Assembly: GCA_043228905.1 (NCBI GenBank)
Contig: JBHGNT010000008.1
Coordinates: forward strand, 10,540,001-10,604,000
Reading direction: 5' to 3'
DNA: 64,000 nt
From: Azolla caroliniana
Lineage: Eukaryota; Plantae; Polypodiophyta
Under the pieces are notes generated by a model. It searched no databases. It saw nothing but the letters and a program-made list of their open reading frames with translations, and was not told the origin of the DNA. Below are positions 51,501-63,530 of this stretch, piece by piece; the stretch's first letter is position 1; every line of letters begins with the position of its first letter. The translations under genes were made by a program, and so were the position numbers.

Positions 51501-54391
51501 CCATTCATCTCTTGGACGTATCCAAACAAGGTTATATGCACCTCGAAGATCTAGATTCGTGAAAACTTTCGCTCCACTAAGACGCTCTAGTAAACTCGAA
51601 ATCAAGGGTAGAGCATATCTATTTCGAACTGTGATTTTGTTTAGACCTCGATAGTCCACGACCAGTCGTAGAGATCCATCTTTCTTCTTGACAAAGAAGA
51701 TGGGTGCACCAACAGGGCTTTTAGAATGTCGAATGAATCCATTTGCTAAGTGCTCGTCTATATATTCTCGAAGGGCCTTGAGTTCGGAAGGTGATAGATT
51801 ATATATTGGGCCCCATGGTGGCTCTTTCCTAGGTTGTAGATCGATAGGACAATCCAAAGGACGATGGTCTGGGAGAGAACTAGCTTTAGCTTTGTTGAAG
51901 ATGTCTTCAAAATCCAAGTACTTGGTAGGGAGGGGAGTACCTGCCCCTTGTGAGCTAGAGGATGGGTTTGCTATTACTGCAAAGACCATTTCATTTGTTT
52001 GCCCGTCTTCTTGTAATTTTTGTAGAGAGATAAGCGAGATTTGGTGAGGTTTTGAATCTTGGTTGGTAGAAACAAGGCAGCTGGATTCAGGTTTCTGCTA
52101 GAAATCATTGATTGTTCGATTTCTCTAGTCAATTTCAGGATTATGAAGTTCAAACCAAGGATAACTGGATGCTTAGGGCTACTAATTATATTGAAGGAAA
52201 TCATACAAGCAAAGCTACCAAGAACTACTCGAATTGGCTTAGATTCTTCAACTATATTCCCGGATGAAATAGGGCAACCATCAATGACTACAACAAATGC
52301 AGGGCAAGGGAGGTTTTTCAATAGGATTTTCTCGAATAAAGCAAATTCTTTGTCCATAAAACAAGAGTTTGCTCCTAAATCTAAGAGAGCAAAGACAAGA
52401 ACTCGATGACACCTAGAAGTGCTAAGCTCAACTTGTGTTGAAAAAACTCTGCTAACATGATTCGATGAAATGGAATCACTACTTGGGGTTGACTTTACGT
52501 ATTCAGGATTGTCCAACCAAATGGCTCCGATTTTGGTTGGACTTATTCGTTTAATATCTCACCAAGTTGACACAAGACTTCAAAACTATTGGACTGACCA
52601 TGGCATGTGGGACTACTAGGGCTAGACGATCTAACTAGAGAATTGAAATGAAGATTCTTGCTAATACTTACTTGATTTACTTATCGTTTTGGCCTATGTG
52701 GGCATGTGATCGCGATGTGTCCTGGACCACCACAATACAAACATAGACGGTTTGCTCGACGTCTTTATTCTTAGCTTTAGGTAAAGGCCCTCAACGACAT
52801 GTTACATCGATCTCCATTGGACTTCGACCACCTGATGGAATCATGTGTGAAGTTTGGGTAGTGCTCGTAGGTGTTGAGGCTACTACCGAAGCATATGTTT
52901 GATCCGTTCTTGGTTGTGACATTAATTGACGCTCTGAACGTAGCTCGAATAAGCGGTTGTCACATCGCACTGCATGACTTATCGCTTCTGTTAGTGATCT
53001 TGGATCTTCATGAAAAGTTAATAGCAAATCCTTTACATCATTTCTTAGTCCATAGCTAAATTGATCCATTAAGGCTTCTTCATCCCACAGAATATCACAA
53101 GCTAGGAGGCGGAAATTTGTGGCATAGGCAGAGGTAGGATGGTCCCCTTGACGCAATCTTCGAATCTTGTTAATCGTTGTTCTAACACTATCAGTGTCTC
53201 CAAAGTTTTCTTGAAATTCTCTAATAAAACCTTCGAAGTCTTGGAGAAGAGGAGACTTCTTTTCTAGCAGTGGTGCAAACCACGCTAATGTAGTTCCTGT
53301 TAAGAGTGTCCCAACTAGTCCAACTTGAGTTGCATCAGTCGGATACCTATTAGGGTGCATATGAATTACTAGTCGTACTTGGTTTAGAAACCCTCGAAAC
53401 TATGATCGATTACCATCGAATTTCCCAGGAAAACAAATCTTTGGTTCTTTGGGAGAGGTTTGTTGCATTGAAGCTTGTTGATGAAGAGACCGCAATGTTG
53501 TTTCGAGTTGCAATACATGTGTCGATAACTCATCATATTGTTGTGCCTTTTTTATGCTTACTTGTTGCAAATCTCCAAGCAATCGTTGATTCTCTTGTTC
53601 TAATGCCACAAACTTATTTGTGAGATGCTCTAGTTCAGAGATGACGCGAACATACTCTTGCTTGCTAACTGACTCCATGGAGAGGATAACGTTTGGCAAG
53701 ATTCTCAAGGAGTAGGAAGGAAGGAAAAGAGAGAGAAAGAGACAGAGAGTGAAAGAGACAAAGAAAGAGAGAAGGGAGGAAGATTCTGGTTCAAACTGTT
53801 AGGGCCAAAGTTCGGAACGAGTTTTAAAATGAAGAAGAGAATGAGAAGCGAAAGATATGAGAGAGATAAGAAGAATTTGATAATGTATTAACAACGAGAG
53901 CAATGTATACAAGAATATGCTGAAGATTGGCGTTGAACCAGAATGGTTCATCAATAGTCAAATACATGTTTATATAGCATGGTTTGGATACATGCATGCT
54001 CGCTACCTCATAGGCATGCATGATCGCCACTTGGCATACATGCAAGCATGCCCCTTGGCAATCATGCGTTATCCTATGCAAGGTGGCGACATTTCAATAA
54101 TATTATTATATGTATTTCCTATTGATATAATAGAATTTATTATTTAATATGTACAGTATGATGTATCCTAATGGATGGGGTTGTATGCTTCCTAGTCAAC
54201 CACTTTTTTTTACGATCCGCTTCTTCCCCAAACTACAAGTGATAAAGAGAACATAGATGTCGCCGTCGAAGCAGCCCAAGCTATACTAACTGGATCCGTG
54301 ATTGTGATTCCTATCTTTCCGACTATCCCAAAAATTACTTTTGATCGATTATCTACGAGTCTACGCATGGATATCCCACATACACATGACA
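48505..54391 (-). mobile_element. Ty3/gypsy chromovirus I (Tcn1-like), decayed, inserted in gag of G
   Basis: TSD CTAGC (48500-04 / 54392-96); 5' LTR 53797-54391; 3' LTR 48505-48912; gag 53708-52790, PR, RT(YLDD) 51989-51156, RH, INT 50059-49064, chromodomain FEVKAILD...YLVDW; PPT rc at 48913. Confidence 0.93.
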
Positions 54392-56322
54392 CTAGCAAGG
54401 GAGAATCCTTCCTCTTTCTTCGATCTTCAATCAATGTTATTGGTTAAAGAAAATCATGTTCAAACCAAGAGCAAGGCCTTGGAAGGTCAAATGTAGATAC
54501 ACACACTCAGACGGAGGACGAGGATGTGGTCGAGCAAGAAGATTCTAATTCGGCCAAGGACAAGGCAGACGAGGTCCAATCTATGAAAACAATTGCCAAA
54601 ATCAGCAGGAAAATGGAAATAACCGAGGAATATTTGGAAGAAAGGGGTGCTTCCATGCCGGTCCAACCTGGCAAAACAACTCAATCGAATACGTATATTG
54701 CGGTAAAATCGGCCACCATGAAGAAGAGTGTCGAAAGAATAAGTGTGAGTCGGCTTCCACGAGCCAACAACTCACCAATTATGCCACCAACTCCGACTAT
54801 GACGACCATGGCGGAATGTTCGTAATGAGACATAGAGCAAATTCTATGCCGTCCTCTACCTCGACTAGTACTTCCTAATCGGAAGAAATATGGTTTGTCA
54901 ACTCCAGAACTTCAAACCATATGGCGTCCCGTCAAGAATGGTTTCATGACGTACGAGAGCCAGATCGACCCAGCTATGTGGAGACTGGAGATGATAACAC
55001 TCACCCCATTTGGCATATAGGCAATGTCCTATTTGTAAGAAGACGGACAAACCTGTATAAAGAACATCTTGCATGTATCGACCATAACAAAGAATTTGGT
55101 CTCGGTCGGCCAAATTGTGGAGCAAGGCATGTATGTCCGATTTAACCAAGGTAGTTGCTTCATCGAGAAGGAAGGCCAATTCATCGCTCATGGTCGAATG
55201 GAAGACCGAATGTTTACGATTTTTCGGCTTATCTCCGGAAAGAAGGAATTCAGAGAGAGTTTACGTGTTTGACACACACCACAACAAAACAGAGTGACCA
55301 AATGAAAAAATTGGGACATCCTCGAAGAAGCACAGCCCATGTTGAATGAAAAGCACATGCTAAAGTCTTATTGGGCTAAAGCAACACACACAACCGTCTA
55401 TCTAATGAACCGATGTATGACATCCGGCGTGCACAAACTTACTCCTCATGAGAAGTACTATGGAAAGAAGCTGGATCTATCCCATGTAAGGATATTTGGC
55501 TCTATTGCATACATACACATCCCCGACGAAAAGTGGCAAAAGCTAGATCCCTAGTTAGAGAAATGTATCCTTGTAGGATACTCACTGGAGCAAAATGGGT
55601 ACAAATTCTTCAACCAATCTATTCAGAAGGTTCATGTAAGTTGGGACGTCGTCTTTGATGAATCGGCATCATGGTACGAACTTGAACCGACTCCCCCGAA
55701 CAAATCACGATCAATTTTGAAGACAACCCGGAAAACAACGAACAACTAAGGGAAATAGCCGAGGAGGGTCCGATCTCAACCAGATTGAGTGGACTTGAAG
55801 AGCCTCCAAGCGACCGAAGCGCCTCTCGGCCAAGTCTGAACATGGACAAAGGGAATTAAAAAATGCCAGAGTATGAAAACTATTAATTTGATGGTAATGA
55901 ATCGACTCACTCACTCGACGATGAACTTGATGGTTTTGATGTGCCTATCATGAGGACACCTGGTGTGCAGAAAGCCATTGACATAGAAAATGAAAAACTT
56001 TGATGCTCTACCTGTGAGAAGAATCCAGTTAGTTTATTTGGCTAGAACGACTACATGGCATGCCATTATGCCTTTATGATGAAAGTAGCAGCTATTCATG
56101 AATGGGAAAGTTTTATCGAAGCCACTAAAGATCCACGATGGGTCGAAGTGATGAATGAGGAGATGCAAGCTCTCTCTAAGAACGAGACATGGGATATCGT
56201 CCCTGACTCACCTCACAAGAAGGAACTCAGTTGCAGTTGGATATTCAAGGTGAAGTATAATGCCGAAGACCTTGTCAATTGCTGTAAAGCCCAACTTGTA
56301 GCAAAATGCTACGCACAAACGT

Positions 56323-56840
56323 TGTCATGAAGATTTTCGTCCATAGGCGGAAACCGGGGCGGAATGGGCAAATCGGTGGTGTGCAACATGTGCACGTGTA
56401 TACTAGGAAATGGTGTGTAGAAAGAAGAGGGGAAATTCTATCCCACATTATAAGGTCCCTCCCTCCTTGGGCTATAAAAGGAAGGGAGGGGTCACTTATG
56501 AAGGGGTTGCCTATTTTGAGGGAGAGAGGCATACCACTTAGGTCGAGGGTTTCCTATTCGGTTTTAGGGTTGCGGTTAGGGTTTTCTTCTTGGGTTTTCC
56601 TTTAGGGTTTTTCTCATAGTCGTTTGGTGCGGCCATGGCGGCCACCATTGTAAAGCGTTTATGTTTCCTTAAGCTAACTTGTTGAGCATCTTGCCCCGTC
56701 TATTCTATGTTATTGTCTTATTCTTTCTCACCTCCTCTTGAGCTAAGCTTCCATTTTGTGTCTTATTCTTTCTCCTCTACTCCCTAGTCCAAGGCCCCCG
56801 TGGTCCCGCCCCTTCCACACACACGCGTAACAACGCGACA
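56323..56840 (+). mobile_element. Solo-like LTR K of the A/B clan
   Basis: TGTCAT...GCGACA ends, U5 similar to A (GTGGTCCCGCC...CGTAACAACGCGACA), ACGT on both sides. Confidence 0.88.
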
Positions 56841-56844
56841 ACGT

Positions 56845-58930
56845 TGTCTATTGATCAGTGCCAACGTCTTGAAGGTCGATATCTCTGGCAATGATGCACT
56901 CCCGAACATAGTGGTAGTGTAGTATACCTCTATATGTTTTGTTCAAGCATGAAACACTGGATTTCAAGCTATTTGTATGCTACTTTGATTATCGTAGGAC
57001 ATACGTATCAGTTCATTGAGGTCCTTGAGTAATTGTTTGAGCCAAATTGCCTCACAAGTGGTACTGGGCACGTCCCTGTATTTGGCTTCGGTGTTGGATA
57101 ATGCAATTGTGGGTTGCATCTTTCTACTCCAAGAAATTGCTCCACTTCCGAGCGAGAAGATGAAGTCGGATGTTGACCATCGATCGGATACACTTCCGGC
57201 CCAATCGGCATCAGTGTATCCTTCCCATTGAATAGCCGCTCCTTTGTAGAAGATGCCCTGATCCATGGTTCCACTAACATATCTTAGTACCTGCTTAGCA
57301 CAATTCAAATGCGTGTCACATGGTGTTTGCATGAATTTGCTAAGGAGACTGACTAAATAGCTAAGATCTGGTCAGGTGATAGTTAGGTAGGTGAGATTCC
57401 TAATGATTTGCCGATATTGAGTTGGCTCACATGGTGTGCAGGAGTTCACATGCAACTTCAAGTTATAATCGAGGGGAGTCGAAATTGGCTTATGGTCTGT
57501 CATACCGAACTTGAACAGAAGATTCAAGTTGTAGTGGCGTTAGGAGAGCATGATACCGTTGCCAGTTCAGATGACCTCGATTCCCAAGAAGTAATGAAGT
57601 TGGTTCATGTCTTCCATCTCGAACTTCCCAGGGAGGAGCATCTTGACTTTGTTGATGTCGGCTAGGTGTTCACCACCAATCACTAAGTCGTCCACATATA
57701 TAATGAAGAAGATCAGGCCACTGGAGTTGCTTCGAATAAACAACGAATTGTCAGACTTAGACATTTGAAAGTAGATTCGGTGCAGAGATTGCGTTATCTT
57801 TAAATGCCAAGCCCATGGCGCTTAGGTGAGGCCATAGAGGGGCTTCTTGAGTTAACATACGTCATTGAGATGTGATTTCGACTTGTAGCCAGGTGGTTGT
57901 ACCATGTACACCTCCTCCTCTAGCTCGCCTTGGAGGAACACATTTTTCATGTCCATTTGGTGGAGGTGCCACCCTTTTGCCGCTGCGAGTGCTAGGACCA
58001 TCCGAATGATGGTCATCTTTGCCACCGGGGCAAAGGTTTCTTCGTAGTCTATGCCGTGGGTTTGACCATAACCCTTACCAACAAGCCGAGCTTTGTATCA
58101 GTTGATGGAGCCATCGACATTGTGCTTGATCTTGTATATTCGTCGACAATTGATTTCCTTCCTGTGCGGTGGAGAGGCTTAGTGCAAGACCCCAAGTCTC
58201 TTGTCAACTAACACTTGCATCTCTTGGTCCATGGCTTCCACCCATCGAGGGGCACGAGCCACTTCCGTAAAGCTTTTGGGCTCTTGTTTGGATGCTACCT
58301 TCATCATGAAAGCAGAGTGATGTGCCATATACTCATTGTAGCCGAATCGAGTTACTAGAGTCTTCTCTCTAGATGGGCGTCAGAGTCTTCTTTACGCCGA
58401 GGGTCGACATAATGGGCAGTCCTAGCAAGTGAGCCGACTCATCCGAATCACTTTCATTGGATGGTCGACTTCGTATTTGGGCATCTTACCTTTACCTTGG
58501 TCCGACCTGGTTGATGGTTGCGTTGTGCTTCGGTCGCTTGGCTACTCTAATGGTTTGCTCATCATGGTTGAGTTTGGACTAGTAGGTATAGGTCTTGGCC
58601 TAATGTCATCATCTAAGATGATGACCGACTCTTCCTCAGTCGGGCCGGATGGAGTTGAATCAGATTCATACCATGATGCCGATTCGTCGAAGATAACATC
58701 CTGACTTAGGCAAACCAAACAATTAGAAGGGTTGAAGTACTTGTATCCATTTTGTTCAGACAAATATCCCATGAGAACGCATTAATCCAACTTCGGGCTA
58801 AGCTTCTGTCGTTTTTTGTATAAGATGTGAACATACGCAATGCTTTCGAACACTCTTAGATGTGACACAATCGACTTCTTTCCAACATACACCTCGTGTG
58901 GAGTTAGTTCCTGTGCCCCACTAGTTGTGG
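56845..58930 (-). mobile_element. Ty1/copia fragment J (INT C-terminus, RT, RH), decayed
   Basis: YVDD (57567-57764), YTDADWAG (56964-57332) and GYKYFNP motifs on the minus strand. Confidence 0.88.
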
Positions 58931-58944
58931 TGTGTCTCTGTCCA

Positions 58945-59033
58945 AGGGTGCACATATGCAAGGCACCCGAACACATTCAGATGCCGGTAAGACACGTCTT
59001 TACTGGTCCATACTCTCTGTTTATCACATACGT
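58945..59033 (-). mobile_element. Short Tork-like copia integrase fragment
   Basis: rc reads TYVINR / RVWTSKDVSYRHLNVFGCLAYVH; a different copia from J. Confidence 0.6.
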
Positions 59034-59693
59034 TGTCGTGCCTTTCGGCTGCGGATCGTTGCGTGAGTCGGGTGGGAACCACAGAGGTCTTGGACTAGGA
59101 GAAAGAAGTTCGTGAGATAGAGATTAATTAAGAGTAAATAGCAAAGAGAAAGACAAGAAACTCGTGAATCACACGAGTATACTATATTAATTGGTACTTA
59201 GGGTGTTAAGAGAGAAGTAGATGTATAAATCGTGAATCCCACGAATAATTTTTGTATTGATTAATACTTAATCCAAATAATCAACAACCCTTTACATATT
59301 TCTCTCCTCCTTATATAAGGAAAGAAGAGCTAAGCATGGCTTCATGCTTTTTTTTTTTTTACAAAAAAGTGTTCATGTCTACTAAATGTGCATGTGATGC
59401 TTTTTTATTTCCTAAGTATAGGGCTCATGCACGCTAGATGTGCCTGAGTTATTTTTAGTGTCTCGTGTATTTTCTTTTTCATATATTAAAGAAATACACG
59501 ATTTACCTTTTAATAAAGGTATGCATAAATAAAGGTCTTATACATATTAAATCTATATTTAAAACACTTAAGATAATTTAATGTAATGGTAAGGTTGGGG
59601 TTTGTCAACGTGGAGGTGCAGAGTTTGAATCACGCCCTGCGCAGTAGTAAATATTTCCTTTCTTTTTACATTTATGTCTCTTTATCCGGCTCT

Positions 59694-59835
59694 TCCTTGC
59701 CGGTATGCCGTTTTCTTCCTTGCCGGTATGCCGTTTTCCTCCTTGCCGGTATGCCGTTTTTCCTCCTTGCCGGTATGCCGTTTTTCCTCCTTGCCGGTAT
59801 GCCGTTTTCTTCCTTGCCGGTTGCCGTTTTCTTCC
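59694..59835. repeat. Six tandem copies of a 23-24-bp unit in the LTR of C
   Basis: TCCTTGCCGGTATGCCGTTTTC(T/C) x6; single copy in the LTRs of B. Confidence 0.92.
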
Positions 59836-60323
59836 GGTTCTCACCGAGCACTCCATTCTCTATCCGGAGGGACAAAAATATAATTTCCACATAGTGTGCA
59901 ACCTACACTACGACACTCGCCCCCTCCAAACCCGCACATCCTCCGGTATGTGCCGAAGTTCTTGATTCTTCGTATCCGTCTTCATCCAAAGCTTCCTCCG
60001 ATTCTCCCCTTATGTCGACTATGAGTTGTAATCCACTTTCTTCGCTTCCCGCATCATTGTGGTCTTCGTCCGATTGCTCCTCGTTGTCGGCCTCGACTTG
60101 GATCACATAAGGTTTGTCGTCGGTCCGCTTCTTAAAAATCTTCACCCGCTTCCCGGCTATAGGCACTCGTAGTATTGTTCCATCCAACTCGGACAGTCGG
60201 TACGTCCCGTTGTCGAAGACCTTCCGAACCTCGTACGGCCCGAACCACCTTTTCGCGAATTTCCGCATCGTTGTATGTTGATGGTCCAAGCTACTATCAT
60301 ATACGATCACCCAATCTCCTTCT

Positions 60324-63300
60324 TCAATCCTCCTCGGTCGTAGTCGGTGCTTTGTGTCGAACCGGCTTCAAGGGATCGTGCTTCTTGTTCCGGAATCGTG
60401 CTTCTTGTTGTCGGCGTGACGCTTCCGCTACATCTTTCGGTCTTCCCTCCAGTTGTCGTATCCGGACCGCTAGTAGTTCTTCCCGGCTCATCTCTTCCTT
60501 CCACGGTAGTATTGTCCATGTTGCGATTGCGGTTTCCGTTGGCATTACCGGTGCTTGTCCGGTCATGAGTTCTGCCGGCATGTAACCGGTCACGGAGCTA
60601 TGCGTCGTCCGATCCGCCCATAGTGCATACGGAAGCATTTGTGGCCAATCCTTCACCCTTCCGTCGCATGCCTTCGCAAGTGCTTTCACGATCGGACTAT
60701 GTCCTCGTTCGATCTTCCCGTTGGCCTCCGGATTGTAGGCCGTTGTCAACGTTAACCGAACTCCATGTTTGGCGAAGAATCCCCTAGCTTTGTCCGAGTC
60801 GAGTTCTCCCCGGTCCGCAATCACTTGTCCTACGCAGCCATACCTACAAAACACTTCTTCCAAAAGAAATTGGCACACCGCGGCACACGTTTTCCTCCGA
60901 AGCGCTCGACCTTCAACTTGGTTTGTGAGATCTTCTCGAGCTAACACCAAGTATTTCTTTTGTCCAATCCCGGTCGGCATAGCTACAATGTCGACCATCC
61001 ACTTGAAGTTGATTGTCGGTGAGAATGTCGGATGCAGCTCATCTCGGTGTCGGACCCCGGAGTAGACTTGACATTTCTCGCAGCTTTCTGTGAACTCCGC
61101 GACATCTTTATACATGTTCTTCCACCAATATCTTTGCTTGATTTTCACAAAAGTTGCCCATGTTCCTCGATGTCCAGCCCAATCGGATTCGTGGAACTCG
61201 GACATTATCCGGTTTCGTTGCTCTTTCGTCCCGACTACTCGAAGTGGTATCCCATCCGGTCTTTTCGGCGTCCTCCATATTAAACTGTTTTCCAAGAAGA
61301 ACTTTTGGACTTGCCTCTTCTTCCTTCGGATCTCGGCTCTCCTTTCTTTATCATTGGTTGAATCCTCGACCTCTTGTAGCATCTTCCCGATCATCAAGGT
61401 TTCCCCCTCGTATTCTTCTTCCCGGAATTCTCGGATCACGTTCACTCGGCATATGTGTTCTGACGTGAAGTAGTCTTCGGAAACTTCTTCATTATCTGAT
61501 TCGGTTATGTCGTCTTCAAACCGCGCCCTCGATAACATGTCCGCTACCGCGTTGTCCTTCCCTGAGATGTGTCGAACCTCCGGATTAAGTGACTTGACAT
61601 ATGCAATCCACCTTAGCATAGCCACATCCGGTATTGTACAACACCGCATCATCCCGAGTATCGGAAGACAATCCGTCTCGATCACCACTTCAGCTCCGAT
61701 CAAATAATCCCGATCCGTTTTTATCGCCGACACGACTCCCCACAATTCTCTTTTGACTTGTGCATATCCGCGTTGCCTTTCGTTGAGGACCTTTGCTCCA
61801 AATCGGATCGGATACCGCGAACCATCCGAGTCGGCTTGATTGATGACCCACCCGATACCGGTTGGACTTGTATCAACCGTTACTATGATTGGCCGCTCGT
61901 AGCTTGGCTTCTTAAGTGATTCCGCCCTCCATAGTGTCTTCTTGAGCTTCCTCATGGCTTTAGTGTGTTCCGGTTTCCACTCGAATTTCTTACCTTTCCG
62001 CAACAAGTGATAGAGCGGGTCCGCTATATGTGCATAGTGCGGAATCCATATGTGATAGAATGCACACGCACCCAGAAACCTTCGGACTTCCGATGTTGAC
62101 TCACATACTTCCTTCATAGCTTGAATCGCATCGATCTTTGTTGGCGACGGTCTTCGGCCGTAGGGTCCACATAGATGTCCGACCACCAATATTTCTTCTT
62201 GCCCGAATGCCGATTTCTCCCCGGAAAGTGTTAGGTGCACATCTTCTAGCTTTCGCAACACTTTCTCGCAATCATGAATATGGTCGACCACGAACTTTCG
62301 GCATCCCCGATCATCCATAGTCTCATCTTTTTCTTCCACCGCGCATCCTTTCATCGGAATGTCATCTAGAAACGGCATCGTTATCTCCGGGATGCAATCT
62401 CGAAGCACCTTGTTCATCGCGTTCATCATATGTGCAACCGAGTTTGTCGCTCCTTGTGGTAGTGTGCACATTCGAACTAGTCCTATCGGTGTCCGCATGG
62501 TAGTGATGTCTCGGCTCTCCACGGCTAGTTGGAATTGGTCATACCCCGAGTATAGGTCCCCGATGGAGTATATCGCACGTCCGGCAAAAGCTTCCGCGAA
62601 TTCATCTACTTTCGGACCGACTCCCGAGTTCCGGATCGTGACCTTGTTCACCGGTTGCAAGTCTTGGATGAATCGGAGTGACCCATTCTTCTTCGGAACC
62701 GTAAACCATCGATTTGAGTACGGAGCACTTGATGGCTCTAGAATCCCCATCGCCACCTTCTCCTTGAGCAAGTCGATGACTTTCGGAATATGCGCCCGTG
62801 GCACCGGAATCGGCTTCAGGTTCCACGGTACATGATCAATTGTGAAAATCACCATCGGCTCCACTATCTTTGGATCAATGCATCCGATCTCCCTCGATGT
62901 GAACGCGAATGCTTTGCCGTGTTGCTCCAACATCTCTCGAAACCGTTTTTCTTCTTCTTGTAAGAGGAACCCACCTCCACCGATCCGAAGTTTCTTCCGG
63001 GTCTCATCTGTGAAGGCATGTCCGATATCCACGGACTTCCGAAGTGTCGGATCTCCCGAGACTTCTTTCTTCTTTTGTTCGCTATCGGCGGGTAGTGGTC
63101 CCGCGGCCGGTTTCACCTTCTTCTCCACGGTCTTGTATTTCGTACTTACCATTGCTTCTTCTTTGCGGAGCGCATCCGGCCCCATTTTCGCAACGATCTC
63201 ATACATCTCGACCGATTCCACCGGGACTACCCGGTTCCCTTGGCTTTTATCTTCCGCAAGCTCTTCAAGCCGTTGTAGTGTATTCCCATAGAACACTTCC

Positions 63301-63530
63301 TCGATCACTCCCACGATTTCTTCGTCTTCTTTTATTATTGATGCCGACCGTAACTTATCCTCCACTTGTCGGTATTGTTTCTTCATTCCTCCGGTTACGG
63401 CCGTGTACGTAGATGCCCCATCCGGGCCGATTCGTACTTGTTTTGCTCCGAGAGTTTTCTTCCTGTGTGGGGTATCAGGGCTTCTCGGACTATCACTTCC
63501 CCACTCCGCAACAGTCCGCTTTAAAAATCC
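60324..63530 (-). CDS. pol: RT-RNaseH-integrase of element C (C-terminus frameshifted by a 16-bp insertion)
   Basis: 1020-aa ORF 63386-60324, almost identical to pol of B; GPY tail in ORF 59903-60310. Confidence 0.92.
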   Translation of the reverse strand, partial: GFLKRTVAEWGSDSPRSPDTPHRKKTLGAKQVRIGPDGASTYTAVTGGMKKQYRQVEDKLRSASIIKEDEEIVGVIEEVFYGNTLQRLEELAEDKSQGNRVVPVESVEMYEIVAKMGPDALRKEEAMVSTKYKTVEKKVKPAAGPLPADSEQKKKEVSGDPTLRKSVDIGHAFTDETRKKLRIGGGGFLLQEEEKRFREMLEQHGKAFAFTSREIGCIDPKIVEPMVIFTIDHVPWNLKPIPVPRAHIPKVIDLLKEKVAMGILEPSSAPYSNRWFTVPKKNGSLRFIQDLQPVNKVTIRNSGVGPKVDEFAEAFAGRAIYSIGDLYSGYDQFQLAVESRDITTMRTPIGLVRMCTLPQGATNSVAHMMNAMNKVLRDCIPEITMPFLDDIPMKGCAVEEKDETMDDRGCRKFVVDHIHDCEKVLRKLEDVHLTLSGEKSAFGQEEILVVGHLCGPYGRRPSPTKIDAIQAMKEVCESTSEVRRFLGACAFYHIWIPHYAHIADPLYHLLRKGKKFEWKPEHTKAMRKLKKTLWRAESLKKPSYERPIIVTVDTSPTGIGWVINQADSDGSRYPIRFGAKVLNERQRGYAQVKRELWGVVSAIKTDRDYLIGAEVVIETDCLPILGMMRCCTIPDVAMLRWIAYVKSLNPEVRHISGKDNAVADMLSRARFEDDITESDNEEVSEDYFTSEHICRVNVIREFREEEYEGETLMIGKMLQEVEDSTNDKERRAEIRRKKRQVQKFFLENSLIWRTPKRPDGIPLRVVGTKEQRNRIMSEFHESDWAGHRGTWATFVKIKQRYWWKNMYKDVAEFTESCEKCQVYSGVRHRDELHPTFSPTINFKWMVDIVAMPTGIGQKKYLVLAREDLTNQVEGRALRRKTCAAVCQFLLEEVFCRYGCVGQVIADRGELDSDKARGFFAKHGVRLTLTTAYNPEANGKIERGHSPIVKALAKACDGRVKDWPQMLPYALWADRTTHSSVTGYMPAELMTGQAPVMPTETAIATWTILPWKEEMSREELLAVRIRQLEGRPKDVAEASRRQQEARFRNKKHDPLKPVRHKAPTTTEED

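Larger units (their letters stand above)
42117..56322 (+). mobile_element. Ty1/copia element G (D/E-related), decayed, 3' half missing; hosts H and I
   Basis: LTR starts TGTTGAGAATCAAGCTCAACC (like D/E) and ends at 47844; PBS TGGTATCAGAA at 47845; gag from ~48000, resuming 54397; INT and RT start up to 56322. Confidence 0.82.

Noticed and set aside
56560-56612. Telomeric repeat array
   Set aside because: Only 2-3 scattered TAGGGTT (telo-box-like) motifs inside an LTR, not a tandem array
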